Shown in pieces: positions 18,163 to 27,103 of a stretch of 27,103 nucleotides of DNA. The position numbers and the translations under genes are program-made. Within the stretch, counting starts at the first letter, position 1. Each line of letters begins with the position of its first letter. The DNA is taken from NCBI GenBank assembly GCA_013166835.1, contig JABLTI010000065.1, forward strand, positions 1-27,103, in the 5' to 3' direction. Under the pieces are notes generated by a model that ran no database searches, had not been told where the DNA came from, and saw only the letters and a program-made list of their open reading frames with translations. The stretch comes from Promethearchaeati archaeon (GTDB lineage Archaea > Asgardarchaeota > Heimdallarchaeia > JABLTI01).

Positions 18163-20337
18163 TTGTCAAAAGAAGATATTGATAAAATAAAAGAAATAGA
18201 AATGCAATTGTATAAAGGATTCTACAAAGAAGCTTATCATTCCTTAGATGTAGCTATAAAGGATAAGAAAAAACCCTTGGAATACTGCTTAAAATTCATG
18301 CTTTTGAAATCCAAGCTTTTGATTAAGTTGGGAGAATTTGATGAGTGCTTATCACTCGTAAATGAGGTAATAGATAAAATAATCCCTGAAACAGATTTGT
18401 TTGGGAAAATTGATTTCCTTATTCAAAAAGCAGAAGCTTTGGAGCAGTTAGCTGATTTTGATGAGGAATTTAAGATTATTACTAGAATAGAAGAATTGAT
18501 ATCTGAAGTTGAGGGAAAACCGGAGAAAATCGATAATTGGTTAGGGCATCTACATAGATTAAAAGGATGGTATAACGTAAATAAAACAAAATTTGATGAA
18601 GCCTTTGATCACCTCCGACTTAGTCTAGAGATTTTTGAAAGAAATAATGATAAAGAAAATATGGCACAAGTAATTGTCTTATTGGGTAGTCTACACTTGA
18701 GGAAGGGAGAACGAAACAAAGGCTTAGAACTCTATCAGATAAATCTGAAGATGAGAGAGGAAATAGGTAATCAAGAGGATATTGCATTAGCTTTACGATA
18801 CATTGGTGTTTACTATTCCTTTACTCGAGATTTTTCAGAAGCGCTTTCTTATTATGACAGATGTTTACCCATCTTAGAGAAAAGTGAAAATAAGCGTCAT
18901 CGAGGAAACTTGTATAATTCCCTAGGACTTACATATTATCATCTAGGAGATATAAACCAAGCAATTGAGTTTTATGAATTAGCATTATTCTATTTGCAAC
19001 AAGTTGGAAGTAAATTACAAATTGCTTATCTTCTGTCAAATATAGGATCAGTGGAACAGCTGCGAGGTAATCTAGATAAAGCTCTGGGAGCGCATTTACA
19101 ATGTTTAAAAATTTTTGATGAAGTCAATAGTATCCAAAATATTGGTGCTCAACTCCTCTATATTGGAAGAACTTATCTGAGAATGGGTGAACATAAAAAA
19201 GCGCTTTTATTTCTTGATCAAGCAGTGAAATATCGAAGAAAGACAGGAAACAACACATTCATAGCTAATGGGTTATATTCATTGATAAATTACTACACAT
19301 TCATTAATAATGTTGAAGAAGCAAAGAAACATTTCCAAGAATTAAAACAAATAAATAAATTAGAAGAGAATCCGTTAATTGTTCAACGAACAAAAATAGC
19401 TGAAGCACTAATTTTGAAACTTGATAAGCGAAGCAAGAGTAGAGTAAGAGCTGAAGAACTTCTTGAACAAGTTATTGACATGGAATTAATCGATTTCAAC
19501 ATGTATTTGGATGCTATGCTTAATTTATGCGAATTATATGTAATTGAAATTAAACTGACAGGGAATCAGGAAGTTCTCAAAGAGATAAAGATTCTTTTAG
19601 AAAAATTGTTTGTTATTTCAATGCAACAACAATCGTTTTGGGTGCTCGCACAAGTTCATTGGATTCAAGCACATCTCGCTCTAATTGATTGGGATATTAA
19701 TAAAGCTCAGAGATCTTTGACAGAAGCTCAAATTATTGCTGAAGAAAAAGGGTTCAATCATCTAGCAAAACGAATCTCTCAAGAATTTGATAAAACATTA
19801 AATCAAATGGGTTTGTGGGAGCAATTACGGGAAAGCAATGCCTCTATAATTCAGAGAATTGAAGTAACACAATTAGACGATCTCCTAGGTAAATTAAAAC
19901 AACAAATCTTTGATCTCGATGATTTACCTTCAGAACAACCTGTTATGCTCCTTATTTTAAAACAAACTGGTCAACCAATATACAATAAAAATTTCATACC
20001 AAGTAAGTTTAGCAAAGATGAATCATTGTTCAGTGGCTTTATTAGTTCCATTAATGCCTTTTTCAAAGAAGTTTTTGAAACATCGGGTTCAATTGAAAGA
20101 ATAAAGCACCAAGATTTGACTGTTCTCTTAAAACCAGTTGATTCTGTTCTCTTTTGCTATGTTTTCAAAGGGCAATCATATTCAGCTATAAAGAAGCTGG
20201 AAGAGTTCATTCTAATGCTACAAAATAAAAATGTAAGAGTATGGAAAGCACTTCAGAAACAGATTGAGACAACAGCTCCATTAGAGGACCACATTTTTCA
20301 GATTTTAGACGATGAAATATCTGATGTATTTGCGTAA
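18163..20337 (+). CDS. TPR-repeat protein with C-terminal longin-like domain
   Basis: Multiple ~40-aa TPRs (e.g. LYNSLGLTYYHLGDINQAIEFYELAL). C-terminal LLILKQTGQPIY...LFSGFISSINAFFKEV...IERIKH pattern resembles Asgard longin-like domains. Confidence 0.8.
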   Translation: MSKEDIDKIKEIEMQLYKGFYKEAYHSLDVAIKDKKKPLEYCLKFMLLKSKLLIKLGEFDECLSLVNEVIDKIIPETDLFGKIDFLIQKAEALEQLADFDEEFKIITRIEELISEVEGKPEKIDNWLGHLHRLKGWYNVNKTKFDEAFDHLRLSLEIFERNNDKENMAQVIVLLGSLHLRKGERNKGLELYQINLKMREEIGNQEDIALALRYIGVYYSFTRDFSEALSYYDRCLPILEKSENKRHRGNLYNSLGLTYYHLGDINQAIEFYELALFYLQQVGSKLQIAYLLSNIGSVEQLRGNLDKALGAHLQCLKIFDEVNSIQNIGAQLLYIGRTYLRMGEHKKALLFLDQAVKYRRKTGNNTFIANGLYSLINYYTFINNVEEAKKHFQELKQINKLEENPLIVQRTKIAEALILKLDKRSKSRVRAEELLEQVIDMELIDFNMYLDAMLNLCELYVIEIKLTGNQEVLKEIKILLEKLFVISMQQQSFWVLAQVHWIQAHLALIDWDINKAQRSLTEAQIIAEEKGFNHLAKRISQEFDKTLNQMGLWEQLRESNASIIQRIEVTQLDDLLGKLKQQIFDLDDLPSEQPVMLLILKQTGQPIYNKNFIPSKFSKDESLFSGFISSINAFFKEVFETSGSIERIKHQDLTVLLKPVDSVLFCYVFKGQSYSAIKKLEEFILMLQNKNVRVWKALQKQIETTAPLEDHIFQILDDEISDVFA

Positions 20338-20368
20338 AACTAATGATGGAAAATTAATAATTATTTTT

Positions 20369-21211
20369 TCAAGACAGTAAGAATAAATATTCATCAAGAA
20401 AATTAGGATTCTTGTAGAAATTTTTTCGGATTTCAAAGTGACAGATTTCTTTGAGATAAATAAGAAATTGTTGTATCTGATTTGATGGTATGGTTTGTAA
20501 TTGACCAATAGGCAGTCTTAGAACCATTTCTTTGATTATTTTACCTTTAGTTTTTTGTTCGTCAACACTATTTTGAGCTAACTGAATTGCTTCTGTACGC
20601 ATGCGATTATCTTCGGATGTCACTTTATTTATCAAATCGATTTTCTCTGCTTTTGAGAGTTTTTTCTCAATTCTGGGTATAACAAGAAATTCAGTATATT
20701 TCTTAAGTGGTACATGAAGACGTAATAATTCATCTGGTAATTGGCTAATTTCTTTTCTTATTTTCTCAATATGAGGACGTTCTTCAGAAGATTTGCAATT
20801 AATTTCTTTGCCCTCAAAAGGATGAATTACTGTTCTAAGCATTGTTACTTTATCAATTATTTTTCCTACAACGAGACTGAAAATAGTATTTGGATCGGAA
20901 AATCCTCTAATAAAGCTATAAGTTCCTCGATACTTAGCTTCAGGATCATATCGATATATTCGCTTATCCACAATCTCGGTTACTATTTGTTTACGTTTTG
21001 CTTTCAAAAGATCAGATGCTTTTTGTTCTTTTGATTCCGATGGTTGTATAATATATTCAGCCTCAATTATTAATCCCATATCTTCAGCATTTATTCTCAA
21101 ATCCTCTTCAGAAACTTGACAAATAGTAGCCACCCAACTAATTTTAGCTTTCTTCTGAGCTAGAACTAGATCTTTTATTTCATCTTTTTTCGTATCATCT
21201 AATTTAGATAT
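20369..21211 (-). CDS. Hypothetical protein, possible N-terminal helix-turn-helix-like segment
   Basis: The ORF track starts at GTG 21133, but the frame is open 26 codons further to ATA 21211, which follows GGGGGA. Start uncertain. Confidence 0.65.
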   Translation of the reverse strand: MSKLDDTKKDEIKDLVLAQKKAKISWVATICQVSEEDLRINAEDMGLIIEAEYIIQPSESKEQKASDLLKAKRKQIVTEIVDKRIYRYDPEAKYRGTYSFIRGFSDPNTIFSLVVGKIIDKVTMLRTVIHPFEGKEINCKSSEERPHIEKIRKEISQLPDELLRLHVPLKKYTEFLVIPRIEKKLSKAEKIDLINKVTSEDNRMRTEAIQLAQNSVDEQKTKGKIIKEMVLRLPIGQLQTIPSNQIQQFLIYLKEICHFEIRKNFYKNPNFLDEYLFLLS

Positions 21212-21316
21212 ACTATATCCCCCGATTACAATTCAGAAATTTAGCTCTTGTTAAGAGACCCATATTTTGAATTAAATATTTTTCCAACTAATTAGCTAAC
21301 TTCTCCTATTAGTTCT

Positions 21317-23098
21317 TTAATCTACAAGGGTATACACATAGCTACTCCAATAGATGCTTTTCGTGGTTTCATCATAAGTCATAGTTTCTCCGACAAAAGC
21401 ACCACTAAGGATTATAATTTCTGTTTCGCTTATGGGTTTTAGAATGAAGTTAGAACCTAGCTTTAGAACTCCGTTTTCCATCTTAAGCTCATATCTACCT
21501 AAGGTATCACCTGTAAAGTAAATTGAAGAATTGCTAGGATAACTATCGTATTCACCTAGAAAATTTTGGGCTAAAGATGATATTTCAGTTTCTTTGGGAT
21601 AAATGGGAGCGTAGATTCCCGAAATGTTTTCTATAGTTGCAATTAGAAATTTCTCTTCAATTTCATTTCCAGAAAAGAATTCAACATCAAAGCGTCCCAC
21701 ATCAAATAACCAATGTTTTATTCTGAATTTCGAATTTGTAATCGGTATTAGGTTCATATCTAATCCTAATGCTTTTACCTTTAGTTTGCCTGTTCCTTTC
21801 AAATAAACTTCTATAACATCATTTTCAATGACATATTTCCCAGTATAATTAGCCAAAAGTGAAGGATCAATACTTTTTGGTGTATAGGAGGAATCATCTT
21901 GTAATGTTATCCCATATTTTGTTTCCAAAATTATCTCGAGCATTTCCCATCCAAAGAAATTGATTGGCTCCCCGAATTCTACTGAATTACCAATTAAGAC
22001 TACTCCAAGTTTCCTCTCAGGCAATAAAGCAACTAATGAATGAGCCCCATCACCATCTCCACCATGATAGACAATTTTTTCTGAATTCTTGAGTTTTCCT
22101 GTAAACCAACCCAATCCCATTGTTTGAGTATCCCAAGGAGTTGAAGGGTGTTCTTCAAACATCATTTGAAGAGTTTCATTTGCGATGATCTGAGTGCTTC
22201 CAGTTTTCCCTCCTCTAAATACGAACTGAACAAATTCGGCCATATCTTGTAGAGATGAATAAAGATTTCCCGAAGCTAAACTAATTATATCAGAAAGTTC
22301 GATTGGGTGATTTTCGCCTTTCTCGTTGTAATACCCAACTGCAATGTCATCCGATGGTGAAACGTCTTGTGCTAAGAAACTGCTTTGATTCATTCCGATT
22401 TCCCTTAGTAATTCATCTCTCATATAGAATGGAAAAACATTAGGTCTTAGGAGCTCGATTATTCTGCCAAGAATGTTGTAAGCTACATTGGAATACTTGA
22501 ATCTGTATCCTGTTGGAAAAGCGAGATAAGAGTTTTTAAGAGACCCAACTAAATCTCGTAAAATATTGGAACCGGAATCAAAATACCAGTATGGTAGGTT
22601 ACCGTTACGTGGAAGACCAGAACGATGAGTTAATAACGATCGAATAGTTATCGAGGTATTATCTTGGAAGCGACTTTTAATAGAGAAATCAGGAATATAA
22701 TCAGTTATTGGGGCATCTAAATCGACCAATCCTTCATTGTAAAGACGCATGATCTCTAATGCAGTGAAAACCTTCGCAACAGAACCCATTCGATAAACCG
22801 TTTCTGGCGTTGCGAGAATATTCTCTTCCAGGTTAGCATAGCCATATGATTTTTGCATTATAATATCTTGATCATCAATTAGAGCAACAGAAATACTCGG
22901 TAGATCATTTTTCTTCATAATTTCTTTTACTTTATATTCAGCATAATCAATCGCATAAGAGTAATCGTCTAATGAGATGGTTTTCGGTTTAATAGGTGGA
23001 TAAGGTCGCATTGCAACTGATGGTACAATTACAATTATGGGAATTAATATAGAGGTTATAATTAGTGATAGTTTTTTCTTTGTAATACGGTTTGAAAT
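21317..23098 (-). CDS. Serine hydrolase of the beta-lactamase/peptidase S12 family, with N-terminal membrane anchor
   Basis: SxxK (GSVAK), LLTHRSG, YSN, HGG. The frame extends upstream of ATG 23011 to ATT 23098, adding a basic plus hydrophobic signal anchor. Confidence 0.88.
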   Translation of the reverse strand: MSNRITKKKLSLIITSILIPIIVIVPSVAMRPYPPIKPKTISLDDYSYAIDYAEYKVKEIMKKNDLPSISVALIDDQDIIMQKSYGYANLEENILATPETVYRMGSVAKVFTALEIMRLYNEGLVDLDAPITDYIPDFSIKSRFQDNTSITIRSLLTHRSGLPRNGNLPYWYFDSGSNILRDLVGSLKNSYLAFPTGYRFKYSNVAYNILGRIIELLRPNVFPFYMRDELLREIGMNQSSFLAQDVSPSDDIAVGYYNEKGENHPIELSDIISLASGNLYSSLQDMAEFVQFVFRGGKTGSTQIIANETLQMMFEEHPSTPWDTQTMGLGWFTGKLKNSEKIVYHGGDGDGAHSLVALLPERKLGVVLIGNSVEFGEPINFFGWEMLEIILETKYGITLQDDSSYTPKSIDPSLLANYTGKYVIENDVIEVYLKGTGKLKVKALGLDMNLIPITNSKFRIKHWLFDVGRFDVEFFSGNEIEEKFLIATIENISGIYAPIYPKETEISSLAQNFLGEYDSYPSNSSIYFTGDTLGRYELKMENGVLKLGSNFILKPISETEIIILSGAFVGETMTYDETTKSIYWSSYVYTLVD

Positions 23099-23231
23099 TT
23101 ATAATCCCGCCTTTAAAGGGGAAAGGGGGGATAGATATGTAATACCTAACCATAGGTCTTGAAATTCAATTGTTATATAAGAAATTTCTCAGCTAATAGT
23201 TCTCTTTGAATCTCAAGAAACTCTGATTTAG

Positions 23232-24341
23232 CTATTTAATTAATTCATTAATTGGTTGATAATCTAAATCGAAACCAAAATGCCTAGGACCAAATATATT
23301 GAGCCCTTTCTTTGTGTACCAAATAGGAGCATTTGTTCCTCCGAGAACAACAACCTCTCTGTCTTTTGTGAAATCATCACCCCATGGTGTCAATCCTTCA
23401 CCTGTTTGTTTATCCACAATACAAATCAAATCCGGAGAGGTAACGAAAGGTCTCTCATTTTTCCAAGTGACGAGGTATTCATTCTTGAACCATACTTTGA
23501 ATTGGTCTTTTTCCTCATTTGTTATTATCACATCACCTATTACAAATCCCCCTTCATCTTTAACATTAAATTGCTTGATTTTTCCATCAAATAAAATGGA
23601 ACCATCTAATGCTTGTTTTATTGGTATTATTGGATCATTCCCTGAAGCCCTTGCTTCCCTTAGTGCAGTACCTAGATTCTTTGACTTACTCAAAGTATTA
23701 GGTATAGCTGCTTTCTTGTATTTACTCCATCTATGAGGACAACGGGCAACGCCAACAGATCCACCAGATTGAACAGCCATTGTTCTCGCAAGCGTTTCAG
23801 CTCTTTGATCAGTAATTGCATCTTTCAGAATTATTTCATCTCCAAATCTAGAGGAAATAGCTAAGGGGGTTATAGAAAGACCTGCAACATTACTAGTGGA
23901 AATACTAATTTCTGGTTTCGCTCGACCACAAAGATCACCATCAAGCATATTAATCCCAAATTGGGCTGAAACCATAATTGGAACAAGGAAATTTCCAGCA
24001 CCAATTTCAGTTGAAATGAGTGTGTGTAGAGGAACTTCTAAGTAATCTTGGAGAAGTTTTGTTGCAGCAACCATTGGATGACGAGTTACAGGATCTAAAT
24101 GTTCCACTAGATGTAAGCATTCGGGGGAAGCTCGACCGCCTACCATTCCGGAAACACACAGAAAAGCTTCATCAGGAACGTCTTTTGGATCAATGACTTT
24201 TACCTTCATTCCATGTTCCAGAATGAAATTAACTCGTACACGAGCGATAGATTCCTCCCCTCCACCACCACATCCTAGGATTTTTGCTCCAATAATAACA
24301 TCTTCGAAGTCTTCTTCTGTTTTAAGTTGCAACACTAACAC
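23232..24341 (-). CDS. DUF917 family protein
   Basis: GAKILGCGGGG, EIGAGN, DGDLCGRAKPE, FKNEYL, PDLIC, FGPRHFG. Confidence 0.9.
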   Translation of the reverse strand: MLVLQLKTEEDFEDVIIGAKILGCGGGGEESIARVRVNFILEHGMKVKVIDPKDVPDEAFLCVSGMVGGRASPECLHLVEHLDPVTRHPMVAATKLLQDYLEVPLHTLISTEIGAGNFLVPIMVSAQFGINMLDGDLCGRAKPEISISTSNVAGLSITPLAISSRFGDEIILKDAITDQRAETLARTMAVQSGGSVGVARCPHRWSKYKKAAIPNTLSKSKNLGTALREARASGNDPIIPIKQALDGSILFDGKIKQFNVKDEGGFVIGDVIITNEEKDQFKVWFKNEYLVTWKNERPFVTSPDLICIVDKQTGEGLTPWGDDFTKDREVVVLGGTNAPIWYTKKGLNIFGPRHFGFDLDYQPINELIK

Positions 24342-24618
24342 CCATTGTTGTAGTTATTATTACTAAAGAAGCACATTTGTAGCTTTCTCAAAAACTAGAA
24401 AAAAATACTCAATTATTCGGAGTAATTCACTAGTACACTTGGATGTACCTACTAGAACGCTTTTATTAAACAAAGATAACATGATTGCGGAAATGGGATT
24501 ATGTCGGGAACTCCCGATCACTGACAACAACGTTAACATCGATTGCAGTGTTTTATTGGAGAACAATACACAAAAAACTGGAAACTAAGAAAACAAAAAA
24601 TAGTGGAACAAAAAACAA

Positions 24619-25152
24619 ATGGCATTCTTTCTAAGACTATTCAGAAAAAAGAAACAAGCAAACATGACAATATGTGGGTTGGATAAAGCCGGAAAAACAT
24701 CTGTAGTTAATTACTTGATGCATGGAGAGAATAGAGAAACAATCCCAACAATGGGCGTAAATGTAAATACAGTAAACCTACCAAAACTTGATATTCACAT
24801 ATATGATCTCGGAGGACAGGAAGGATTCCGCCCACTCTGGTCGGATATTAATGAGAGATCACAAGCAATTGTTTACATTGTAGATTGTACTGACTTCGAG
24901 CGATTTGAATTAACAAAAAACATCTTTCATGACATCATTGATGCTCAAATTGATGACAATGTTCCAGTGTTGATTTTATTAAATAAAATAGATTTGCCTA
25001 ACAGAATGTCTCGAGCAGATTTCATTTACCACTTTGGATTATTGGATCTCAAGAATACTACCTGGTCTTGTTATGAAACTTCAGCCATGACCGGGGGAGG
25101 ATTAATTGAAGCATTCACTAGTTTTATTCATAAATTAGAAGACGAAGCATGA
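24619..25152 (+). CDS. Arf/Arl-like small GTPase
   Basis: N-terminal amphipathic MAFFLRLF, GLDKAGKT, TIPTMG, DLGGQ, RPLW, NKID, TSA. Confidence 0.93.
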   Translation: MAFFLRLFRKKKQANMTICGLDKAGKTSVVNYLMHGENRETIPTMGVNVNTVNLPKLDIHIYDLGGQEGFRPLWSDINERSQAIVYIVDCTDFERFELTKNIFHDIIDAQIDDNVPVLILLNKIDLPNRMSRADFIYHFGLLDLKNTTWSCYETSAMTGGGLIEAFTSFIHKLEDEA

Positions 25153-25259
25153 AGCTGCTTGCTTTCTGTCTTCATATTTCACCTATTTTTTTCAAACTTT
25201 TTTTTCATTAATTATTGTTTATTTTGTAAGTTAAAGGAAGAATGTTAGAAAAATAGGGC

Positions 25260-25297
25260 ATATTTCTAATATAGTAATATGACCATTTTGGTTATAT
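25260..25297. promoter_or_regulatory. Tandem overlapping palindromic operator ATAT-N2-CYA-N3-TRG-N2-ATAT
   Basis: ATATttCTAataTAGtaATAT (25260-25280) and ATATgaCCAtttTGGttATAT (25277-25297), abutting TTTATATA. Matches 26507-26527. Confidence 0.7.
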
Positions 25298-25339
25298 TTA
25301 TATACTAGTTAGACCTATAATAATACAAGTGATAAAAAC

Positions 25340-25711
25340 ATGCACCAGAAGAAACATAAAAGATACAGACCACATGGGCCGTTCATGCACAGAAGAGCAT
25401 ATTTCCCACCAATGGGAATGATGCCACACATGTTTAAAGGAATGAACAAATTACCCATGAATTTCCTGGAAGAGATCGAATCAAAAGAAGATGCGATTGA
25501 ACACATGGAAATAATGATTAAAGGCGTTAATAAACGCAGAAAACATCTTGAGAAGAAAATGAAGAAACTAGACATCCTAGAAGATGAAATAGAAACAGTA
25601 ATCAAAGAAACAGGCAAAATGAAGGAATTCACAATCGAGGAATTCAAGAAGATCGTCAAGAAAGGATACAAAGAATTTGCCAAAAAGATGATCGATGAAG
25701 ACGACTTCTAA
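25340..25711 (+). CDS. PadR paralog lacking the winged-helix domain (His/Pro/Met-rich leader plus coiled coil)
   Basis: Aligns by eye with the N-terminal leader and C-terminal helices of the PadR protein at 26563. Confidence 0.75.
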   Translation: MHQKKHKRYRPHGPFMHRRAYFPPMGMMPHMFKGMNKLPMNFLEEIESKEDAIEHMEIMIKGVNKRRKHLEKKMKKLDILEDEIETVIKETGKMKEFTIEEFKKIVKKGYKEFAKKMIDEDDF

Positions 25712-25814
25712 GATACTTTTTTCAATGTACAAAACAAGGAACTCAAGATGATTCACTTATTTTTTTAGAATAAAAAAAAAGCAGCAATAAGAAGATAATT
25801 TCTTATTACCAATA

Positions 25815-26393
25815 TTATACATACTCATGTTTTGGTTGTTTCATAACTTTCTTTCCAAGGATGCCTTCCCCAATCCTTATTAGTCCAATAATTACTATTA
25901 TAACTCCAAGAATTAGGATTTTGAATTTATCTTGTATTGTATCTAGTCCAAGACTAAGTATAGCTAATCCAACTATCAAATAACCTATTGTAATGATAAC
26001 AAGTCTATACACATCTTTTCGTTTGTGATTTCTACAACCTCGAGCGATGTTTTGAATTCCGAGTAATATTAATGCTGTTGCTAATAAGACAATTATTACT
26101 CCAATGGTAATAGTAAGACTGCCTGCAATTGCTACGATAGCAAATGGGAGTATTAATAGCCCAATTGCTATGTTACTTATTCTTCCTTCTTTGTTCATTT
26201 TGAAATCAAAGTTGCCTATTATAAACCTATTAATACTAATCAAAAGCAAAGCTATACCTAATAGGAGAACCAAAATTGCTTCAGTAAATACATTGATCAT
26301 AACGATAAATCCAAAAATGACGGTAATTGAACCCAGTACTATATAGAAGATCTGTAACCACTTTGGAAAATTATCAGCAATATTTTTTGTCAT
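25815..26393 (-). CDS. HdeD/DUF308-like six-TM membrane protein
   Basis: Three repeated TM hairpins with the LLLGIALLLISI / LILLGI / LGVIIVIIGLIRI pattern. Confidence 0.75.
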   Translation of the reverse strand: MTKNIADNFPKWLQIFYIVLGSITVIFGFIVMINVFTEAILVLLLGIALLLISINRFIIGNFDFKMNKEGRISNIAIGLLILPFAIVAIAGSLTITIGVIIVLLATALILLGIQNIARGCRNHKRKDVYRLVIITIGYLIVGLAILSLGLDTIQDKFKILILGVIIVIIGLIRIGEGILGKKVMKQPKHEYV

Positions 26394-26506
26394 AAATTAC
26401 ATCAAACCATAGAAAATTTAAAGTTTATTGAGGTTTTATAGATTATTTCTAAGTCCCTGGTGATCTATACAAAGTTCAGTATAAATATCAACATTACCAA
26501 CTGAGC

Positions 26507-26527
26507 ATATATCCAAACTGGAGATAT
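26507..26527. promoter_or_regulatory. Palindromic operator ATATatCCAaacTGGagATAT upstream of PadR
   Basis: About 20 nt downstream of TATAAATA (26480-26487). A degenerate overlapping copy lies at 26491-26510. Confidence 0.7.
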
Positions 26528-26562
26528 TTTTTTATTTATAGGAACAGAATACCTAGCTGGTA

Positions 26563-27103
26563 ATGAAAATGGATAGAAAGCACCACCGAAGACCAATGCC
26601 ACCCTTCAGACCACATTTACCGTTCGGCCCCAAATTAGTGAAAGAAATGAGTCGCTTAGTTTTTCTCTGGACGATTTCAGAGGAGTCCGAAGGTATTACA
26701 GGTTATGAATTACAGAAAAACTACAAAGCTAAGCAAACCACTGTTTACAGAGTTCTAAAAGAGATGGAAGAAAAAGAGCTTCTAACTTCGGAAGAAACGA
26801 TAATTAAAGGCAGAGCTCAAAGGTTGTATAAAATTACTGAGAAGGGAAAAGAACACTTAGTAGAATTACGTGAAAAGTGGACTGCCAGGATTGCTTTCCT
26901 TACTGATATAGCTCCTGTAGGCATGCGTCCTCCACCAATTTTTAGAAGAAAATCCAGGATTCATGATTATTTGAATAAAGTTGAAACGAAAGAGGAAATG
27001 CTTGAATTTCTCGATGGATATAAGGAACACATTAATCGAAGAAAAACACAACTCGAGAATCGATTAAAGCATTATGATAATAATTTGGATAAACTTGATG
27101 AAA
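26563..27103 (+). CDS. PadR-family winged-helix transcriptional regulator (3' end beyond the window)
   Basis: Manual translation: MKMDRKHHRRPMPPFRPHLPF...ITGYELQK...TTVYRVLKEMEEKELL...RAQRLYKITEKGKEHL...; frame stays open to the window end. Not in the ORF track. Confidence 0.9.
   Translation, partial: MKMDRKHHRRPMPPFRPHLPFGPKLVKEMSRLVFLWTISEESEGITGYELQKNYKAKQTTVYRVLKEMEEKELLTSEETIIKGRAQRLYKITEKGKEHLVELREKWTARIAFLTDIAPVGMRPPPIFRRKSRIHDYLNKVETKEEMLEFLDGYKEHINRRKTQLENRLKHYDNNLDKLDE

Noticed and set aside
21317-23011. Antibiotic-resistance beta-lactamase
   Set aside because: The motifs are shared with esterases and peptidases of the same fold; substrate cannot be inferred from sequence.
24363-24600. 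ORF 24363..24566 (-), a 35-aa ORF 24481..24588 (+), and small hairpins (TCGGGA-AC-TCCCGA) upstream of the Arf-like gene
   Set aside because: No clear ribosome-binding site, motif or recognisable RNA family; cannot be distinguished from chance.
1797-27051. Many 60-175 aa ORFs overlapping the called genes (e.g. 4780..5307, 23299..23736, 25315..25683, 13197..13400, 26866..27051)
   Set aside because: Mostly antisense shadows or alternate frames of well-supported genes, with no recognisable motifs.
1-27103. The segments missing from amrS and porG relocated elsewhere in the window (scrambled or trans-spliced genes)
   Set aside because: I saw no intergenic stretch encoding WxISQ or IAxExxG; this was a by-eye search and not exhaustive.

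Overview
AT-rich archaeal chromosomal segment, very probably from an Asgard (Heimdallarchaeia-like) archaeon. This is inferred from Rab-like and Arf-like small GTPases, a Sec23/24-type Zn-finger+vWA protein and a TPR-longin-like fusion sitting beside archaeal LonB, NreA and a four-subunit 2-oxoacid:ferredoxin oxidoreductase operon. I found no rRNA, tRNA, CRISPR array or transposase. Most notable observations: (1) a PadR regulator and a nearby paralog that lacks the DNA-binding domain, both preceded by the same palindromic operator ATAT-N2-CCA-N3-TGG-N2-ATAT; (2) a circularly permuted family-5 solute-binding protein with a PGF-CTERM-like anchor; (3) two Fe-S-related genes (amrS, porG), each broken by a frameshifting loss of about 10-12 conserved codons; (4) two adjacent genes that appear to start at ATA/ATT codons; (5) an unannotated 47-aa signal-peptide-like ORF; (6) a ~90-bp diverged direct repeat flanking a TSUP transporter gene. 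All family calls come from motif recognition, not database searches.
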